Of a DNA stretch of 64,000 nt, positions 1 to 11,300 are shown one piece after another. The DNA is from Ascidiella aspersa (lineage: Eukaryota), in contig OZ004612.1 in NCBI GenBank assembly GCA_963924565.1, forward strand, positions 5,704,001-5,768,000. Reading direction: 5' to 3'. Within the stretch, counting starts at the first letter, position 1, and each line of letters begins with the position of its first letter. The position numbers and the translations under genes are program-made. The notes below the pieces were generated by a model. It had not been told where the DNA came from. It was given only the letters and a program-made list of their open reading frames with translations, and searched no databases.

Positions 1-1027
1 GACTTGTTCCTATTTAGACTATATTAGGTAGTAGTCCTAGTTTGGTCTCATCCGAAATATGTTTTATTCCGACTTTGATGTTGTTCTTATTTCAGTCTTA
101 TGGTTGGAGTCCTTGTAATTGTGTTTCATATTGCAATATGGACTAATGAATCACTAAAACCGTGCCCTCGCAAAGTCTTACAATGAGGTATAGAGAGCCA
201 CTGAGTTATAAGGGTGCGCCGGCCACATGTGTGTCTGGTTGTCATCTATTCTTTATCTTCAGCTCTACATATCTGTGGCTCCGAAGCACCTTAAACCACT
301 TCCAGTCTATTAATAGGCCGCAACTGACTCGAAACGTCAAGCTAATGTCGTAGTCGTGACTTTTCTCACTTCGTCAAAATCAGACGTTTATTTTGCAGCC
401 AGTGGCCCTCGGCTGACACCAAGCGTTGGTTGTATATTTAACGTTTAGCCACATGGTGTCGCTACAGACCACATTGAAATGTCGGAGTCGCAACAGGATT
501 TTTTTGCACTTGACACAGCGTTTAGCAAAGCTATATGGCCTGGTCAAATATTTTTTAAGAACTACTAGTGAAAACTAGCATTATTTCCTTTAAACCTCTG
601 AATTTGATATTTGGAGTGTAAATTACTGTTAAAAGTGTATCGAAAAAAACTACTTGTCGATAAACTTTAATTAAAGTTGCGTATTTTTCTGCGTATTTTT
701 CTGAAACGTTTTATTGAACAAAACTCAGCTCTTTAAAAATGTAGATGTCACTGATCGCTGTAAAATATTGCTATTTTTATTTTGGCATAATCGAATAGAC
801 TCAATTGCTCTCTGTATTGCACTACTTCAGTCGTCATTCTAGTTGGTAATGCGATATAATCTAAAAACAGTAATACTTTGGAAAATATTTACCTTAAAAA
901 ATAGAAATTAACCAAACAACCCCTGTGCGTGCTAAAATGGCTCCACAAACAATTTTGTTTTCCATTTTATGCTCTATCACTTCTAACCCGTAAAATGATA
1001 GATTCAGTCCTGCTTTTTGACTTGCGA

Positions 1028-1235
1028 TGACCTTCGCGTGTTCCCAAGGTGACCTCAGTGACCTTGAGATTCATTCAACGCCATTTGTCCTTCTTGCGAC
1101 CTTCGTTTATTGTCAGAGGCGCCTATGCAAAGCACATGTTCAGTTGAGGCTTTAATGTGAGAGCTGGTCGATAATTTTGTTCACACGTGACCAGCACTTC
1201 CCTGATTGGTCGGTTCCCGTCCAATGAGGAAGTGC
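1028..1235. promoter_or_regulatory. Intronic regulatory cluster (nuclear-receptor half-sites, E-box, mirrored ETS/CCAAT)
   Basis: TGACCT three times in 1028-1067 (one is TGACCTTGA), CACGTGAC 1184-1191, ACTTCC...ATTGG...CCAAT...GGAAGT 1196-1233. Confidence 0.45.
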
Positions 1236-4233
1236 GTGGCGGTTTTGTAGCGAGCGACTGACTTTGTCGATCTAAGTTTTGAACTTGGAGGTTGTAATCA
1301 AAGGAGATTGCTTGCACAGGGCTTGTCATATTGGTTGTTTCGGGTAAAGTTGACATTAAGTTTTTTATTAAAGTTTGGTATTTTTGGTAACCATAAACTT
1401 AGAAACTGATGCAGACTAAAATTTTTCTCAAATTTACATTTTTAAAAGCCAATGGTCGCCATTCACCAAACATTCCACATACAGTCCAGACATAAAGTGC
1501 ATCAAAACTTGATTGTGTCATAAACGGTGGCGATAATAGCACGAGGGCTACTTTCCAATTTGTTATTTACAAACCTACTATTGACAGCGTTAAGTGGACA
1601 AGACTACTAATCTACCATGTGGTCAAAAATATAATTTCTTAATCAGGAAGTCCGTGTGGATCTAAACTCAGTTTAGGCGCTTTTAACGAAATTGTCACCT
1701 CTCAATTCCAAACCCTCCAATCCTCCATGTAAAGGCGCCGTTTTTTCCTCGCGCGAATTTACAGCAGCAGCCGTTAAGGTAGCGATGCCTGGCCGAGGCC
1801 TGTTCGCCTCCAGAACCGCTTGTTTTGTCAGCGTCTTCCTCACTCCCCCACTCATTCCCACGGCTTTCATATCGGACAAGGCATTGTTGGTTGCTGGGCG
1901 AAGGGAGTCGAACCTCACACAAGCTCGCGGCTTTTTGCTAACAAGCCAATCCGCTGCCTTTTCCGTCGCCTGGCTGTTGAAATATTTTGTCTAGCCGGGG
2001 AGCGTGATGCACACAACGGTACACTGGCGCCATTTCCTTGTTCGAACCCGAACCGAATGGACTGAAGGGTGCAATACCAAGGTGCTACTGAAACAGGCTG
2101 CTCAGCTAAAAAAACAACCGAGCTTTTGGCGTGCAGGCAGGTTTTGAAAAAGGGTGGACGTTTGCACATTTCGTATAAAAAAACTTCTTGAATGTTGTTT
2201 TGCGATTTCGTGTCCAGTATCTTACTCTTCTCTTCTTATTGTAAAACGACGGTTAAATCGTTTTTCTAGCTTAACAGCGCCACCAGAGGAGTACATTGGT
2301 TGAAAATCTTACAAATTAACCTGTTAGCATGCCTCTACGACAATATCACTTTTCGGATTATTAAAGCACGCGGAGATTTGTTTTTAAGGAAAATATTCCA
2401 ATCAAAAACTGTGTTTTTCTCGCGTCGCTGGCTTGTTAGATGTTAAAACTCCTATATCACATATTCACTATATTCAGTTGTAGTATATTCAGGGGGTCAC
2501 CATCATAAGTCTACAAGTTTGCAAGAATTTAATCTAAAACCTAACCCAAAGTTTGCCGGGGCTATACGACTACTACCAATCCACACTTGACCAAAAATAT
2601 GCGATGCTGTATGTACCCCTCCTTACTACTTATAAAAAGCCAGCTCTTGTTCGCTTATTTGGCCACCAGCACTAGCAGTCCACGGCGGCCTGTGTTATGT
2701 CATAATCCGAATTCCACGTGCCACGTCGCCTTTGTTCTGGCCAAGCGATCAGCAGTGACCCGCTAAGAAAACAAATCGGCCTTAGAAGGACTTTTAATAA
2801 TTCGACGACGCTCTACGCCGGCGTCGAGGGAAAAAAGGGTAAAATTAAATACAAGGGCGGTTTAAAATACAAGGGCGGTTTAAAATGCGGTTTCTTTAAT
2901 ATTTCAGAACACGCTCTTTATGAAATACGTTCATTTTACTTTTATCTTCCTTTTTAGATCTTTCCGAAATAGTTTTTTCTGAAAATGAATACATTTAAGG
3001 TTCATTTTCAAACAGTTTACTTGTGTTTAACTATTGGTTCGAAAAGCTCTGCCATTTAAACTGGATTTTGTTATTTTTTCAACCTTCGTCCTGGTTTACC
3101 AGATAACAATTTCGATATAACTTGCCTCTTTTACAAAACATTTACCAGCATTAACCAGCCTTGGAGAACGCGCTGTCATTTCTTTTTTTAAAGGCCAGCT
3201 TACTCCATGTTTTTATATCCTTGACAGGTTTTTTTATGGCCAATTCAAAAAACTTCAGGCTCTCGTTTCAACTTATTTTTTTAATATATTAAACCTGTAA
3301 CAAATTTATATGGGCTACGCCCCGTTTTACACGAATAATTTTAAAAAAATTTGGCTTTTTTTAAACCAGTCCGTTCAATTTTTTCACCTTATCATGAGAA
3401 AATAGTCGAAATATGCCTAAGGACCATTTAAGGCTGTTCATCCATGTCTGTATTTTGTGAGCCGTTCTACATTAATCCGCCGCACTTCGGTACTTTTAAT
3501 CCAGTGCGTTTAGGTCGTATAAGGAAGTAATTCGCCGCATAAATCTCGCGACAAGAGTGACTAGCACTTTAGATACCTTAACTTACATGCGATATATCGG
3601 CGTTAAACCCTTTGACAGCACCACTTTAAAGGCGCTTAGTGACTGGTTCAACTTCCGTAATTCATAACATATGCTGATTTTTGTTTCGATACAATCCTTT
3701 TCCTCACGCCTACAATTTTTGTAAGTTTTAAGAGGCCACCCTTTGTTGTATATACAACAGCTCATGTTTTTGGCCTAAAGAAACACTGCACATACAAGTA
3801 TTTACGACCAACTCGAAACCATTCCTAATAGCTAACGGTGATTTAATATGAAAAGAACGGTTTTTACAAGTAAATATATTCTTTAACGTCACTCTTTGCT
3901 AATGAAGTTAAAAACTCTAATTGTTTTAACAATTTTCTTAAGGACCCGAAATAGAAGTGAGCATGGCATAAGAAAAATAACAAAACCCTCTTGCTAAATG
4001 TGATTTTTTTGCTCTTGAAGTGTATGACTTACAAAAGCGCAAAGTTATAAACTGTTCTAAATGTCACATTTTTTGTTATCCCAAAGAGAGTTGTTTTTAC
4101 CAACATTCGTCCACTTTGTAAAAACTGGAGTGTTCTTAAACGCAAAAGAACATTAACTCATGTATATATGAACTGTTGTTGTTACCACGCATAACCTTAA
4201 TCAAATACAGCTATTCTGGCAATTGTTATTGTT

Positions 4234-4277
4234 AACCAACGTTTCGGCAACCTATTCAAGCCGCCCTCTTCAGGGTG
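4234..4277 (-). ncRNA. Minimal type I hammerhead ribozyme motif
   Basis: Reverse complement is cACC-CUGAAGA-G-GGCGGCUU-gaau-AGGUUGCC-GAAAC-GUU-GGU: intact core, paired stem II, palindromic stem III, 3-bp stem I. Confidence 0.75.
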
Positions 4278-4505
4278 AATGCCAAAGGACCAGGAATAGT
4301 AGTGATTATAACATAAAAGACCTCTTTTAGTAACAAAAGTGTTGCTACCAGGCATTATATAAACCAATGTCTTCACCCGAAACGTTATAAACCAATTACA
4401 ACTATCAGAGAAGCTGTTTTGATTGAATATCATACTCAATATGTAAACTGTTGCTACCAGTCAAAATATTAATCAAAATCAGCTCATTTGGTAATTGTTA
4501 TTGTT

Positions 4506-4549
4506 AACCAACGTTTCGGCAACCTATTCAAGCCGCCCTCTTCAGGGTG
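4506..4549 (-). ncRNA. Minimal type I hammerhead ribozyme motif (identical second copy)
   Basis: Same sequence as 4234-4277, offset 272 bp. Confidence 0.75.
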
Positions 4550-4809
4550 AATGCCAAAGGACCAGGAATAGTAGTGATTATAACATAAAAGATCTCTTTT
4601 AGTAACAAAAGTGTTGCTACCAGGCATAATATTAACCAATGTCTTCACCCGAAACGTTGTAAATCAATTACAACTACCAGAGGAGCTGTATTTTATTATC
4701 ATCATCTTTCCTGCTGTCAAACTCTCTATCCTCTTGAAAAATTTTTGCTAAAATTAAATCTGTTTTATGAAAAAAAAATTGACTTCCAATCCAAGTATAA
4801 CAATAAGCC

Positions 4810-4853
4810 CACCCTGAAGAAGGCGATTTGAATAGGTTGCCGAAACGTTGGTT
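4810..4853 (+). ncRNA. Minimal type I hammerhead ribozyme motif, sense to the spinster pre-mRNA
   Basis: cACC-CUGAAGA-A-GGCGAUUU-gaau-AGGUUGCC-GAAAC-GUU-GGU; predicted cut after 4849. Confidence 0.7.
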
Positions 4854-5104
4854 AACAATTACAATGGCCACAAAGCTGTTTTTCATTGAAGATTATCCTC
4901 GATATATAACTTGTTGATACCATTCATAATATTAGTCAAAACCAGCTGCTTTAGTAATTGTAATTCTAACCCAACGTTACGCCAACCTATTCAAACCGCT
5001 ACTACAGGGTGAATATCATTAAACAATTACAATTACCAGAGGAGCTATTTTGCATTGAAGATCGTTTTCTTTCCTCCTACCAAACTCTCTCCTCTTGCTC
5101 CCAG

Positions 5105-5310
5105 GCGTCCTCCTCCAGATCCAGAACTTCTTCGGGATCAGCAACGGATCGGCCGGCTTCATCCAGACCGTCTTCATCATCAGCTACATGGTGGTGGCTC
5201 CCTTGTTCGGTTACCTGGGCGACCGTTTCAACCGCAAGCTTGTGATGTTGTTTGGGATGTTGATCTGGTCGGGATGCACACTAGCAGCATCCTTCATCAC
5301 CAATAAGGAC
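5105..5310 (+). CDS. SPNS1: Spinster exon ([10 protein letters not shown]...SFITNKD)
   Basis: cccag|GC ... GAC|gtgagt; contains MFS motif [11 protein letters not shown]. Confidence 0.95.
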
Positions 5311-8300
5311 GTGAGTGATTCTTATTACATAAAAAAATTACAAAATATCACGTCAGATAAATGGGAACACACTTTTTAAGGAAAGGCATTTTTATTCAAC
5401 TTTTTTTTTAATTTTTTTTAAAGGAAACATTGGGGAACATAAAATTGCCATGGAATGCAGACTGGCTTTCTGGCATATATTTTTTTAAGGAAAGGTATTT
5501 TTAAAGTGACGCTTGAATTACTTCTCAGTAACATTAACTGAAGATGATACAAGCTCGTAACGAAACGTCTTAATCAAGATGATGACTCGACTTTTTGGCT
5601 TTGCAATTTATTATCAACCTACATTACAGATCCATGAATGAATAGTGTATACACAAAGCATTTTTTATATGAAATACCACGATAGAAAAAAAGAAACGCA
5701 AAATTGTTCCGAAATGCAGACCGGCTTTCTGGCATATATTGCAATTGGCCCAAATTCCCTATGTAAATTCTCCTAATCGTCATCCAAGCCTATGTATTGT
5801 TCTTAGTCGTCTATCCTCATGAAATCAAAGTGCTGTTTACCTGCACTACATTACACATCGATAAAAAGTCGTACAGGGTTTAATTTACCTCCCAAAAGAC
5901 TGCAGACAACAGATAGAGCTTAACCACTTCGGAAGTCGAACTTGGCATGTTTCTTTATCATTTCGCTCGGCCAAGACCAACTGTAGCTATGTAGCATTGT
6001 TAAGAGACCCTGTCTTTCGCAGCTTATCGTCTGCGCTCGAATTCCGACACAATCGCGTATCGGCCGATTAAAAGCATCCAGATAAGCAACGAGTCGCCGT
6101 CTGCGCGCGCCGCATTTTTCGCCGCTAATCGGCAAGCTGCATTACCGCAGCCGACTGGATTTTGTGCGAAAAACCGTCGCTGCGGTCCCCGGGCGCCGCT
6201 GGAATTTCTGCGGTCGAATGGTGCCCGAATTCCCGCGGCGCCGTTCGCGTATTTCCGCTTAACGCGGCCCCGGTTAATAGCGAGAGAGCCGAACCCACGA
6301 AAAATGGAATTGCTGAAAAAATCGGTTAAATTATGTAAGTGAAAGGTCGCATTTTTCCCGGGAGTAGTGATTTTGATACTTCACAGTTTACTTCGATACC
6401 GATTCCCTATATCTTGGACAAAATGTATCGCGACCGGATCCGATGCAAAATGCTGTCAGTTTTCATTTATTTATTTGGCGGAAATCGTCTGAACCAAGCA
6501 TTCTATTCTATCGCTGAAGAAAATAAAAGCGTTGGCTGTAAAACCTTTAAAGGTATTTTTTCGCGGTTACTCGGGTTTGCTTCAGAGTTGAAATATTTGG
6601 TTCATCAGTTTTTATCCTACATCAGTTTAGCATCGAGTCGGCACCTATACCAACCAGGGATCGGACGAGTAGCGACACTACCACTTTAAATCGGGTATAA
6701 GCTCCGATTCGATAACCCTTCGCGTAAAGCTGTTTTCAAGCCAGAAATAAAGCTTCCAAATTGTACCTCTACCATGTGTGGTTTCAAATATATTCACGGC
6801 CTGTGTCGAAAACGCTTTATTTAACTTTTTTTACATAAACAGTCTGCCCTAAGTTGTTAAAGTTGAATTACAAAGCGACATTGCGAAACAGTGGGCACAA
6901 AAATAGATCGAAAAAAAATGCCCAGTCCCAAAGGAGCAACTGGTTAAATCTGAATCTAATTGAAGCTTTCCTAGAAACCCATGGGAAAAGATATAAGGAG
7001 CACATTTATACGGTTATCAACAACAAACAGTTTGCACGTTTTCGCGTGGCCCAAAGAAGCTTTAAAGATTAGTTTCCGTCAACAAAGTATCTTATTGTTT
7101 TTGTGCTCTGATGCCTTCGTTACGCCTCAGTGCCCACGAGGTTTGTTCAGTCAGCGCGCCTACTCTTGCGTGACGAAGCTGTTGGCAGTCGGCGTTGCGT
7201 TTTCCAAGAAACCAACGTATTGTTGAACTGTTTGAACTTTGTACCGTGCCACCGCATATTATGATGTTGCTTTATCTAGCTGGTATACCTGGGCGCCTTC
7301 AACGGGAATAATATTTTTTTTGCCAAGTTTTGTTCAGTGGTTTTAATCTGTTAACACTTTTTAGCCTTTTGCTATACGCTAAATCTTTATTCGCCTAGTT
7401 TACGTTTTTAACAATATCAGTTGTCGAACATTTCCCGGAAACACACGTTGACAATTAGCGTGTTTTTTTTCATTGGACAGCGAACTAGAAAAGGGCTTAT
7501 TCCTTAAAAGAACCGTTCTAACTTGGTATTGTCCATTAAAATATCTCCTTTCCAATTAGAAAGTAAGGTGCTTCACTTTAGCCTAATGTTTTTTGTCCCG
7601 GATTAAGAATTTTCTGCCTAGATTTTTTTAGGTATCAAAAGTGAAATAAACATTTTTAAAAGCTGCTAGAGCAATACGTTCGAAGATTTTTGAAATGAGT
7701 TAGCTTCTAGTCCCAGTTAAAGGCTCCTGAAGAATGGGCGCCATAATGTGTCGCGTTGCTGTCTTTTCTCATTACCTCACTCTGTTGCAAGTCCAACAAC
7801 CATGGCGCATCGTCAAAGTAGACCAACGCTCATCTTCAGCCCTACACTTTATTCGCTACTGTCACCCGCTGTGCATCACGTCGAGTATAATATTAAAGCC
7901 CCCCCCCCCACCCGAACGTACCCTTCGTTCCCCGACCCCCGTTGCGACGGTTGGAAGTCGTTCCTATCTTCGCCAATCCATCCGTCATTTTCAAATCCAT
8001 TTTTTTCCCGTTTGCTGCGGTTTGTAGCGATATTTATGCATCACCGTATATTTAGAAACTTGAAAAAATAACACCACTTAGATTGCTTTTTTTTTCCATA
8101 AACGAATAAAGGATAAACAATCAAAAGGGTAAACAGTTATGACATTCTTGTCAATGGTGATCTTTTTGCAACTCTGTTTTGGAGCGATCTTTTGTACTAA
8201 TTTTTTTTTTTGAGTCACACTTTGGTCAGATTTTCGCTTTAGGTTTAAAATTGCTGCTTTTGATTTACAGAAAATTAAATTATTACGATTATGCCATCTC

Positions 8301-11300
8301 GACGATTGAAATTCCATAACTAGTAAAAGCAAATAATAATCAAAACACGTACAGAAGTCGGTTAAGTTTTGTTACCATTGCAAAAAATCTTTTTCAAAAA
8401 ACCAAACTAAGCTAAGCCACTGGTAAAGTTTAGACTGCAATTGACTGAGAGAGAAATAAAGTAACCACGAAAAAGCCAGGGCCAGGGGTCGAATTCGAAT
8501 AATGTAAAATCTCAGCGGGTTACCGACAGCGTTTGAAGGAAGTTGGTTTGGAAAATTGTCCACGCTTGCACTTTACTTTGAATGAAACCAACTTTGCCGA
8601 CGAAATGAACGTGTGAATTTTTTACTGCCCTTTGACTTTAGAGAGCAAGAAATGTTTTTTTAGTGTAAACTGTTATTTTTAACATGCGTTATTGGATAAA
8701 CCACATTGGCTCAAAACTACCAAAATTTTTTGTATTTCGTTCAGAACATGCCATAAAGCGAAATTTGAAAGAACCTTTGGTGATAGAAAATCTTCCTGTC
8801 ACCATTTTTAAGTGACGTTTAGAGATCAAAAAATGGGAAATATAAATTGTCGAGAAACGATGCAGTAAAATAAACCCTCTTATAAGATGAGTGTTCGTAA
8901 AAATCCTTATTCTAACAGACTCGCAGTTTATCGGCCAGCTATCTGGCGCTTAGTTATTTTACTGAAACTTTTTGCCCTTTCAAGCGTTGTAATGCAAACG
9001 GCAGGGGCTCGTTTTAATCAGCCTTGCTTGTTCATCGCACTTAGCTTCTAATTAAAACAGGCCATCCATCCGTGAAAATTGCGCAATGCGGTAATCAGTT
9101 CAAACCAAGTTGGAAATACTAAATTCTCTCAAAACACAAACAGCAAAGATAAAAAGCGAGAGCCAATTAAGCAATCTTATACCTACTTTAACATTTATCT
9201 AACTACATTCTCATATGTTGAGCTTCAAACATGGTGACTTTACATTTTCCTAATCCGCTCGGCAAAAGTAGCCCCTTATTTATAAAAAGTACATCGTAAA
9301 CTGCTAACACAATAGGTTATGCTTGTACGAAGCACATTCTAATTAATGAGTAAGCTCGCCACAAAAGCTTGCCAATGGACAAAAATCTATATCTAACCCA
9401 GGGATGTCCAACCTGCGGCCCGCGGGCCACATTGCGGCCCGTCTGAAATTTTTGTGCGGCCCACTAGTCATTTTCACTCCCAAGTAGTATTTTAACCTTC
9501 AATATTAGCATAATTAAAATGTACCAGTTAGCTTTTAGGGGCGCACTAATAGTATAGGATGGGTAACTATCTATATATATAATTCTAAAGGCCCGTTATA
9601 ACTCTAAAGAGCAATACTTAATCTTGAAACGTAATAGGTTCTGCGGCCCATTAAATTATTTCAAGTGTCAATGCGGCCCACTATAATAAAATGTTGGACA
9701 TCCCTGATCTAACCTTTGACAAAATTGTAAACCAACTTTTGGAAAAGTGTAAACCAACTCACATTTGCCCAAAATACTTAAATCAAGTCAAGTTATTTGG
9801 AAATAGAGACTTTGCACTTAAGTGAAGTCATTACAACACTGCTTGCCACTAAACTTGTCAATGGATAAGAATCACGCCGCCCTTTGAACTAAATTGTAAA
9901 CCAACATTTGTGCTGCAAATACCAGCTGAACCCATCACGTCGATTACACAATTAGATTTGAATTCAGTCAAAGCGTCAGTTTATAGTTTTGTTTTATGAC
10001 CAAAAGCAACTCTTAGAATGACCCATAGTAACCCCGGTTTTCCCTATTCAATGAGTCTGTACTGCAAAAATAGTCCCGCATAGTTCGACGTTAGGTCTTT
10101 GCGTTCATTCGTAAAAAAGTCGACTCTGCGAAACCATCATAGGTCCGTACTTGTGTTTCTACACAAAGAGCGATCTTGCATTGTTCATTATCCTCATCTT
10201 TCTTTTTCCAGCAATTCTGGTTGTTCCTGACTCTCCGTGGTCTCGTTGGGATCGGTGAAGCCTCCTACTCCACAGTGGCTCCCACCATCATTGCCGATCT
10301 CTTCGTAAAGTCCAAGAGGACTCGGATGTTGTCGGTCTTCTTCTTCGCAATCCCTATCGGAAGGTGAGTCGAGTGTAAGATTCCAAGGGTAGCCGGTTGG
10401 AATCCTAAACATTATTTTTTGTTTGATTTCAAATAGATGATTCATTTCGTTTTTAGAAAAAAACATTTGCCGTAAAACCTTTTTTTTATTAATAAAAAGT
10501 TTATTGCTTGATAAGAAAACTTTAGAATATCTTTCCAGGAATTCATTTATCTTTGAAACGTTTTTTTACATTTAAATTGTTTAAAAAAAGATATGTGCGT
10601 GTTCTTTAAAGGATGATTTTTTCTGCGTTAGTTTACTTGTTTCTTGGAATTCAAAATGTAGTAAAAGTATTCACGTTGTAAAAGATTTTTTTACAGTATA
10701 TTTGTTTATATTCTTGATAAACTTTTTATAGTTTCTTTGATTTGCGTTGGAAATATAGGTTTCCATCAACAAAATTCCGTCTTCACAGCAGTTAGCTTTG
10801 TCTTGCTTCCATTGCGAAAAAAATGCTGTTTTGTCAATTTTTGCGTCCCGATTATTTATGTGAACCGCATTTTCATGAAGGCTTTGCACAACTGGCGCCC
10901 CACACGCATATAGGCCCCGATTTACTGCTTTTTTACATTTCTCTGGCGTATATATATACGATTTCGCGTGCGCGAAGTACGCGTTTTAATACAGCTAGAG
11001 CTCTAGCTAGCTTAAAATCTAGAAATGGGAGAGAATTCAGCTGATTGCGCATTCCAGAGTCTGGCTATAGTTCTACATGTTGGCGGTTGGCTTTATTCCG
11101 TGTTTTGAGTTGATATACACTCTACTGCGGCGAAGGCGGTAATGTTATTTCCCGTGGAGTTGAAAACTGCCAAGGTCGCCCGCTGTGCACTAAGACTTTT
11201 ACGCCGTATCAAACTCGGCATTACTGGGTCGTAGGAAGCCTTTTACGCCGTGTCAAAGTCATATTTGCTTATTCATATGTCTGGTCGCCCATGGGGCTTG

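Larger units (their letters stand above)
4165..5060. repeat. Tandem/inverted array of a hammerhead-bearing element (272-bp period), Penelope pLTR/retrozyme-like
   Basis: 4221-4410 recurs almost identically at 4493-4682; inverted copy at about 4805-4900; degenerate copy at about 4903-5057. Confidence 0.85.

Noticed and set aside
4274-4285. GGTGAATGCCAA resembles the 3' end of miR-124
   Set aside because: The seed (TAAGGCAC) is absent and the match lies inside the hammerhead repeat
4165-5060. CRISPR-like repeat array
   Set aside because: Eukaryotic intron; whole units repeat with no unique spacers, and there are no cas genes
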